The notes beneath the pieces were generated by a model that saw nothing but the letters and a program-made list of their open reading frames with translations, had not been told where the DNA came from and did not search any database. The position numbers and the translations under genes are program-made. A stretch of 64,000 bases of DNA from Eledone cirrhosa (taxonomy: Eukaryota), in the NCBI GenBank assembly GCA_964016885.1, contig OZ024746.1, forward strand, positions 12,090,001 through 12,154,000. The letters are read 5' to 3'. Below are positions 56,054-64,000 of the stretch, one piece after another. The number at the start of each line of letters is the position of its first letter. Position 1 is the first letter of the stretch.

Positions 56054-56114
56054 TTTATAATCATTTTAAATAAAGAGATTAACTTAATTGAAAAAATAAA
56101 TAAAATAAATAATA

Positions 56115-56296
56115 ATAATTGTATCTACTTTGGGCACAAGGCTAGCAATTTGAAGGGAAAGGGAAAGCCGATTAAATCGACCCCAGTGTGTTACTGGTAC
56201 ATTATTTTAACAACCCCGTAGCAATGAAAGACAAAAATTACCTCAGCGGGATTTGAACTCAGAATGTAAAGGGCTGTAACTCTATGCTGTGAAGCA
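56115..56296 (-). mobile_element. tRNA-SINE copy
   Basis: ggcacaaggctagc...actggtac...cctcagcgggatttgaactcag. Confidence 0.75.
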
Positions 56297-57204
56297 AGAC
56301 TTGGTTATAAAAAAAGTAATCCTTGAAATGTTCTATGCCTTTCTATCATATTACTGTATTTTGGTAAAAATCCTTCACATTTGTTTGCATTCGTCAATTG
56401 CACCGTTTCTCTGGAATTCTTCTTATTTTCATTTGGTTTAAAACTGAAAGTTGATTTATTTATTGTTACTGTTGAAGTGTGCACTTGATCAAATAGAAGT
56501 AATTTATGTGTTATTTCACATTGCATGGTGTATTTATTTGTGCATTGCCACCTGTCAGTGTTTTACTGATGTAGAATGTAACAGATGAATCACGATAGAA
56601 TTTCTTGTCTGATGCAACAGAATTCTTCATGTTATTCTTCTTTAGTATTACGCCATATTGTTGATCTCTTTTCCAAGTAATACCAATCACTCCTGAATTG
56701 AGCTGATTATAACATGGAGGAGCAATTAATCAAATACATGGTGATGACTCTCATACCTCAACATGTCTGACCATGTCAGGTTCAATGGAACTTTGATTAG
56801 CAGTCTAATGCTAGAGTATTAGAATATAATCTGTTACTTTTCTAATCTTTCAAATGTCTGCCATTGCATCTATTATTGTTGCTGAATCAAACTTATCATT
56901 CTTGGTTTGACCATTCATCTCTACTGGGAGCAAACCATCCTCCAATTTAGCTCCCTAAACATACAGGATCTATTTTCAGAAGTGAGGGAGAATTTATTGA
57001 AAATGATTTTCCCTATATCAGTAGCTGAAATGACTATAAAGAAGCCCCTTTGATTGTTTAAGTTCTAACTATTTTCTCTGGTTACCTATCCACCCTGCAA
57101 TGGTAGTGGTGTGGGTTTAGAACTCGCATAAACAATTATTTATTTCTAAATTAGTGTATTGTCTTATTTTGCTTGAAATTCTTTGTTGTTTTCGTTCTAT
57201 TTGC

Positions 57205-57205
<1 letters not shown>

Positions 57206-57246
<41 letters not shown>

Positions 57247-57253
57247 CATTATT

Positions 57254-57284
<31 letters not shown>

Positions 57285-57297
57285 GTATTATTATTAT
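57206..57297. repeat. (ATT)n microsatellite
   Basis: Seen directly in the sequence. Confidence 0.9.
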
Positions 57298-58739
57298 GAA
57301 ACATGGGTAGTTTATCTTATGTTCTTGTATTGTTTTTTTTGTTTTTTTTCAGTCTGTGTTCTATTTTATGTAGTGTTACTGTTAACAGATTTCTATTGTA
57401 GTTCTGTTTCCAGCTGCTGAGATCTGTTGACTTCTTGCTATTGTTTCTTCCAGGGGTAGTATTGTGAAAAAAAGAGAAATATTGGGGAATTGTTTTACTT
57501 TCAGTCCATGGATGCACAGTTCTTATTTCAGTCATTTTGTGTTTGAATTTTCTAATGAGTCACATCTCTTGCAGTTACCATATAAATTAATGAGGGTTAG
57601 GATAAGAGTTAGGGATGGAATGAATTTGTAAATCAAGTTGATGGCAGTGTCTCAGGCATGCGAGACCATGGGCACTGATAGCTTCTTTTACCATTACTGC
57701 AATCAGCTTTACTCTACTGAATTAGTGAGCTACATACCACCATTATTCAAATACACTTGATTACTTTCTCCATCATGTCTAATCTAATTTACAAAGTAAA
57801 AAAAGAAAGAAGAAAGAAGAAAAAACAGACCCAAAACACTAAACAATTCATCCAATCCTTATATACATATTCCCTAAATTCATGCAATAACTCTATATAT
57901 TCCACATGTATCAACTAAATTTATATATGCTTCCATTTTTTCTGTTAAACTCAAGCGCCTTAGTTAGTATTAACACAATGCAGTAGGCATTAAAAATTTA
58001 ATTAGAAGTACTTATGGTATGTTAAATAAACTAACATAAACTTAATGATGAATATTATTCTAGTAATTTTGCTAAGTACAGAAGACACTTTCAGGCATGT
58101 TTTGGTCTTGTTGAGCTTCCTCAATGAAGCATTGACTTCACTCTATTTGTCCAAGTATAAGATGCACAATATTGTCTGCAAGTAGGCAAGAACATAGTTA
58201 TAACATTGGATATGTTATAACTGACTCAATATATATGTTCTTTTATGCAGATGACATCTCTGATATCTTTCTTGTTTTGTTTTAGGCAACTTAAGTTTGC
58301 TTCCATTTTTAGATAACTTTACTTGAATAATATAACTAACAATTTATACAGTGGATACCATAAATGGAAGTTTTATAAATTTTTATCTGTAGGAAGAATA
58401 TGGGCTGGCAAGTGGGGAGTTCCACTAAGTTGCCGAAAGTATAAGGGTTAAATAAAGTGTTTACTGTTAGATTTAGAGGTATGAGAGAAAGTAGAGATGA
58501 TCAAGTAAGACTATTGGGTGGGTTTGAATAATTATGGTATGCAGATTAATAGTTCCAAAGTGTAAAGAAAATTACAGTTATGGTACAAAAAAATAAAGAA
58601 GAAATAACATATCAGTGGGCTGGTGGTTATATTGTGTGAGTGAGTGAGTTTTTGCTAATCTGACAGAAGGTTAATGTTTGGTTCAGTCTATATGTTTGTG
58701 CTTAACATGAACATATTCCCAGACATTTGCGGTTTCTGA

Positions 58740-59830
58740 AAGAAGTGCAGTGTCTAGATTATATGTAGTTGATGCCAGTGATCAGAAAGTTAAGGAGTAA
58801 AGGTGGTAACATTTTCATTAGAGTGTATATTAACAATGATATAAAGAAGCTCAGAAGGAAAATAACTGTTGGTATAAATGAAACCTGAAGCACACTAGAG
58901 TTAATAAAATATGTGATATCAATGTAGGATTTAAAAACCTTTTGATTCATTAAATAAGACAGAGGGAGCACATATATTGGCAACTTAGCCAGACAGTTCT
59001 CCTGATAAATATGAAGTCTTTGTTGGTGTCAAGGACAGAACATTGCTTATGTTGAACTTCTCTATGACAAAAGACCACTGGGATGGGATGTAGAAAATAA
59101 GACCTTTGATAGAGATGGTTCCACTGAGACTGTACTGACTATTGTCTGGAATGGAAGGAGTTCAAGAACATGAAACAGGTGGTTGGGTTCATATTTGAGA
59201 TGTTCAAAGTTAAGCTAGTATAAGAGTCAACCTGTTTTCATAGGTTGGACAGATTCCAATAAAGAAGGTTGATGATGATACGAACTGGGTTAAAACTACA
59301 CAATTCTCAAGGTAATGGAAGGGACATTGTTAAAACTGTTGAATTTGAGTGAAAGCTGAAGTTGTTGCATTTAGTGATTGAACCTCAGGTAGACATGGTT
59401 GAGAAGGGGAGTTTAGGATGGGTTTTAGTTGTGTGTAGAATTGGAAGCAAATGTTGCTTGAATGATAGTTATAGAGTTATCTTCAACAACAACAATGAGA
59501 AGTGAGTATGAGAATTCTGCAAAGTTAGTACAGATCTTATGACAAGGAATCAGACGACATTGCAGCAATTTGGGAGGTGAGAGAGCTTCAGGATGTTTCA
59601 CTACACAAAAGCATCCTTTGCTTTACTGATGGTTGTCTTGTTGGTTTTGCAATGATAGGTGTATATCCTTCAGTTGGTGATCATGGATGACTCCTCCAGG
59701 TGTTGTAGGTGGTGTTCTTTACTTGTGCAGTTGTGTGTGAGCAACTTGGTGTGTTGGCAGTGTGCACTTTGGCTGTATGGAGGATATACCTAGAATGTTG
59801 GCGAGTGGGGTGTCATATGGGTCAGAAGAG
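58740..59830 (-). mobile_element. Highly degenerate CR1-like LINE fragment
   Basis: Minus-strand FINSSVLQVS resembles the RT motif INSGVPQGS, with weak ORF2-like sequence upstream; boundaries approximate. Confidence 0.45.
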
Positions 59831-61109
59831 GAGTACAGTTGCTGTCAATAGTTGTTGGTATATCTCCTACTAGTTAGCTGACTTGAAACAAATCTCTTTT
59901 GTGGAATAGCTTAGAAAATAACAGAGGAGTAATCAGGGAAAGGAAAAGTCTAAATATTTTGATGTGGTTTCAAGTTTTAAAACTGTGATCTGAATTAATA
60001 TAGTTGTTAGTTGTTACAACTTTATTGAAAATAGTACCTATATGACTTGTCTACAGTCAAACAAATCATTCTGTTATACAAGTAGTTGCTCTTCAATTTA
60101 CAGGTGATCCATACGAGATTTACCATAGCATTATTTACCTTTGTTCATGACATAATCCCCCTTTAATTAGTTGTTTATAGTTTATTATGTTCATTTAGAT
60201 TTGCTGAAATGTCTCTGCCTGCTCACTCTTATGCTGTTGTAGAAATAGATTTTAAATAGATTGAACACATGCTTGCTAGACTTGTCATTTCGCGCATTTT
60301 TTAATTTTTTAATTCAGCCAATAAAGTTTTGATCTGAATACATTTATAATGGAATGCATATATTTGTTTTATATAATTATATATTTTCCAATTAACAAGC
60401 TCTTTCAAGGAATCAATTAAACGTTTAAACTAAGTAAACTGTACGCTGGAACTGCAGTCATTTTGAATTTTATATTACATGTTTTTCAATGTCTTCTGCA
60501 GCAGCAGCACTCAAAGGGTTTTTGTACATTGCTGTTTATATTGCAACTATTTAACCAATGTGCAAAGTACTGTCTGATTGTGCATCTCACTAGTTTTGCT
60601 ATATTTTAAGAATTTGTCAGCCTTTTTAACTTTGTACATGTGTCTGAGTGTGCACATACACATTTCTCTTCTCTCCCCATTGCTTATGATGTGTACACCC
60701 TATATTTCAATGTTTGATTTTATGTGAATGTCAGTGTTTTCCTCTGCTTCCTTATTGTCTATATTTGCTTCATTGAGTTCTGTTTGACATAGTATTCTGG
60801 CAGATAAAAGAAGCTAGGAGATACAGTCACAACTATTGTTCCAAATCTGATTGTTAAATATTTTATTTAAATATCATCAACTAAATAATTTCTCCTGCTC
60901 TCAGGAGTCATTTCTATATAGGTCTTTTATCATTCAGTAGCCTATGAATCTGTAAATCTATATGTAATTAAAATAATCTTTGTCTGCGCATGGGCTCACT
61001 ACACTGCCAGCCCTCTCTCTTACCACCCATCACACCAACCACTGCTTAATTCACATTACATTACATTTGATAGAGATTGGCCACACACGCACGCACATGC
61101 ACACACACA

Positions 61110-61145
<36 letters not shown>

Positions 61146-61262
61146 TAAAACGTTAACTGTCTCTAATACTTAGATTTTACAATGAAAGGAGAAAATATAT
61201 TAATAAATTATCAAGTCAGTCTGGTCTGTGTCCCCCAGGAGTCGCTGAGATTTTGGCTCAAG

Positions 61263-61326
<64 letters not shown>

Positions 61327-61569
61327 TTAAAAAATTTGAAGTCAGCGTTGCAACATATGTACAAACTTTAATTGCATATTACAGCATTGAGTGCTTTGAA
61401 CGTCATGCCACTTGTAACTGTTATTATACCACACCTAATACACACATGGGTGGATTCTTGATGTGTATCGAGAGGTGACCACAGTTAAAATATCTACTCT
61501 CTATGTTACTCTCTATTTACTCTTTATTTTATACAGAAATTACTTCTACAGGACTGTTTCATTCATATT

Positions 61570-61852
61570 GTGGATTGGCAGTAATCGGTAGAGGGTCGGA
61601 TGCCATGCTTTGACGCATAGAGTTACGGCCCTTTCCATTCTGAGTTCAAATCCAGCTGAGGTTAACTTTGCCTTTCATCTTTATGGGGTCGATAAAATAA
61701 AGTACCAGTAATACACTGGGTAGTTGCTAGCCTTGTGCCAAAAGTAGAAACAATTATGTAACTTTGCATTTCATCCTTACGGGGTCGATAAAATAAAGTA
61801 CCAGTAATGTACTGGGTAATTTTTGGCCTTCTGCCAAATGTAGAAACAATTA
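61570..61852 (+). mobile_element. tRNA-SINE (full copy plus partial 3' duplicate)
   Basis: gtggattggcagtaatcggtagagggtcgg...gagttcaaatcc...gcctttcatc. Confidence 0.85.
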
Positions 61853-61939
61853 TAAATGAGACAGTTCAAGTCTTGTAGAAATGCACATATATATATAATA
61901 AATAAATTATACAATTATCAAAGTTGTGTTCAAATCATT

Positions 61940-61993
61940 TAATAGCTGACAATCGTTTCTTCCAAACTTTCGTTTGGAATCATCAGAGCATTA
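61940..61993 (-). ncRNA. Minimal type I hammerhead ribozyme candidate
   Basis: Minus strand: taatgct-CTGATGA-TTCCAAAC(gaaa)GTTTGGAA-GAAAC-gatt-GTC^agctatta; the full conserved core is present. Confidence 0.75.
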
Positions 61994-62063
61994 TCAATGT
62001 TTGCACATATAATTACCCTCCTATTCAACTGAACAATAATATAGATACATATAAATTGATGTT

Positions 62064-62660
62064 GTGAGCAACAGTTTCATATTTACTAGGCTAGATTCAG
62101 TAAATTTAAATACGACGTCAAACGTAACTTCGTTGAATGTTCATAATCCCAATCTAAATCAGGAAACGATAGTTCCTATCATAAATAACTTCTCCAATCC
62201 AATTCCTTCTATAAATAATACTAGGTCACTTGTTAATAACTCTGTTAATTTCTCTAATCGTAATTGTAATTGCCCTGTTAGAACTAAATGTCCTCTTAAT
62301 AACCAATGTCTTGATAAAAACTTAGTGTATGAATGTAAGGTTATAACTGGTACTAATTATTTTACCAATTTCGGTTCCACTTCCACTTCCTTTAAAGCAA
62401 GATTTTATAATCACAAATAGTCTTTTAAATACCAACTTAAAAGAACTAACACGGCACTCTCGGAACTCATATGGTCCTTAAAAGACAAAAGTATTAACTA
62501 TAACATCTCTTGGAGGAAGGTTTGCAACGCCTTTCCTTACCGGAATTCTTCTCTATCCAGAACATGAAATTTACCATTATATCTAATTTTAATTCTATAA
62601 AAAATAGACGTACGAATTTATTCTCGCTCTGCTTGCATAAATCCCATAGAACTTTCCATA
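62064..62660 (+). pseudogene. Penelope-like element GIY-YIG endonuclease remnant
   Basis: CNCPVRTKCPLNNQCLDKNLVYECKV...FGSTSTSFKARFYNHK*SF...TALSELIWSLKD..NYNISW...NRRTNLFSLCLHK; internal stop and deletion; no RT domain visible. Confidence 0.85.
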
Positions 62661-63660
62661 AAGTATACAGCTAATATCTCAATACATAATTAGTTTAAAA
62701 TCTTCTTTTTCTCAAAGGCTTTTATATCTATTACAAATATACCCATCTTTCTACCTTATTTCAATATATTATATTATACAATTTACTCATTCTATGTCAT
62801 TAGAGGTCCCCTATCTTTCTTCTTTTATCCTTTTTCCTTTCTTCCCTTTTTTCTTTTTTAATTTCTAATCTTTAATCTGTAACTTTAACTTCCCAATTAC
62901 TTCTCAATTCATATTATTACTCACTACAGCATTTTCCATTTTTCCTCATATTATTGGCCATAGAAACTATATTTTTTAATATATAATAATATTACCATTA
63001 GAAAATTTTTGTAAACATATATACCTTTTGACGTTAGATATTTTTTCTTCCTTAAATTCTCTTTTTTCTTCTCTCCTTCCGTGCTCGTTTTAAACCTATT
63101 ATTTACTTTTACATATTACAATACATAAAAACAAACTTAAACCTTAACTAATTCCTTTAAGTTCATAATTCATTTATTCTTCTTTCACATTATATCCTTA
63201 ATATCATTAATATTTTAATTTTAATAATACATATTAATAAATTCTTTTTTTTCGCACATATTATTAAACCCTTCAATATACAAACCTTAAATTAATACTA
63301 TTCTTAATTCCTTTTTCTTTAATCATAAACATCAACATCCATAAACCTCATTAACTTTTAATTTCAAAATCTTTTAAAATTATCTATTATATTCCAACGG
63401 TTTTTTAATTTCTCTCTGTGAGACAATATTTTCTCAGTTGTAAAGGCTATTTCTCTCTCTCTATCACTCATTTCTCCTCCTCTCTCATCCTTCTTATACT
63501 CCTCTCCCATCATCCTTTATTTTCTTTCTTCCTCCTCCTTACCCCCCCCCCCCTTTTTTTTTTTTCAAAATCTCATATATCCATCTTACTTTATTTTTCA
63601 TATGTTGATTTAAAACATCACTGCTCACAAGTGTTTTTTAAGCTTCATATCATGTTTCCC

Positions 63661-63731
63661 TATTTTATCTGATGAGAACGCAAATAACATCCCATGATGA
63701 TATTTGTTTTTGAAATGCGCATAATAAAATA
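63661..63731 (+). ncRNA. Minimal type I hammerhead ribozyme candidate at the 3' end of the Penelope-like remnant
   Basis: TATTTTAT-CTGATGA-stem II-GAAAT-gcgc-ATA^ATAAAATA; perfect 8-bp stem I and palindromic ATGCGCAT; (TA)n follows at ~63765. Confidence 0.72.
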
Positions 63732-64000
63732 CTTGGAATTCTTTTAACCATCTTTTGATCTTATATTATATATATATATATATATATATATTTTTTATTT
63801 TTCACTATGGTACACACTTCCTATGAACACTTGCTTGTGAGTGGGTGCATGTGTATGTATTTATAAACATAAATTATGAGAAAAAAGAAAAAAAAAACCA
63901 CATTGTTTATCTTACTATTTCCTCTATCAGTAAATTATTCCTTATTTCCTACTTTAATATAGACGTACTCTTGGGTCTCAAATAATCGTCCTCCCTACAC

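Noticed and set aside
55702-56064. 120-aa repeat protein ORF
   Set aside because: Translation of a 42-bp minisatellite.
60104-60150. Possible DOCK DHR-1 exon (GDPYEIYHSIIYLCS)
   Set aside because: Superficial similarity only; there is an in-frame TGA and no donor site.

Overview
AT-rich, microsatellite- and retroelement-dense eukaryotic (animal) genomic DNA. The repeat families look like those of octopus/coleoid cephalopods, which is an inference. The window lies inside one large + strand gene encoding a DOCK3/DOCK4-like (DOCK-B/Sponge) Rac GEF. I read ten phase-consistent exons by hand (489-32257, 946 nt), running from the end of the SH3 domain through the DOCK N-terminal region; one intron has a GC donor. 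The introns hold 5'-truncated RTE LINEs, CR1-like LINE relics, many tRNA-derived SINEs, a decayed hAT (Charlie/Buster-type) transposon, TTAA-flanked piggyBac-like MITEs, Penelope-like element remnants and a ~12 kb array of a 36-bp satellite. The satellite produces the giant ORFs in the ORF track, which are most likely artefacts. The most notable unannotated signals are several minimal hammerhead-ribozyme motifs beside (TA)n tracts and Penelope remnants, candidate extra in-frame exons, and inverted SINE pairs bracketing exons. No database searches were run; family names come from motif recognition.
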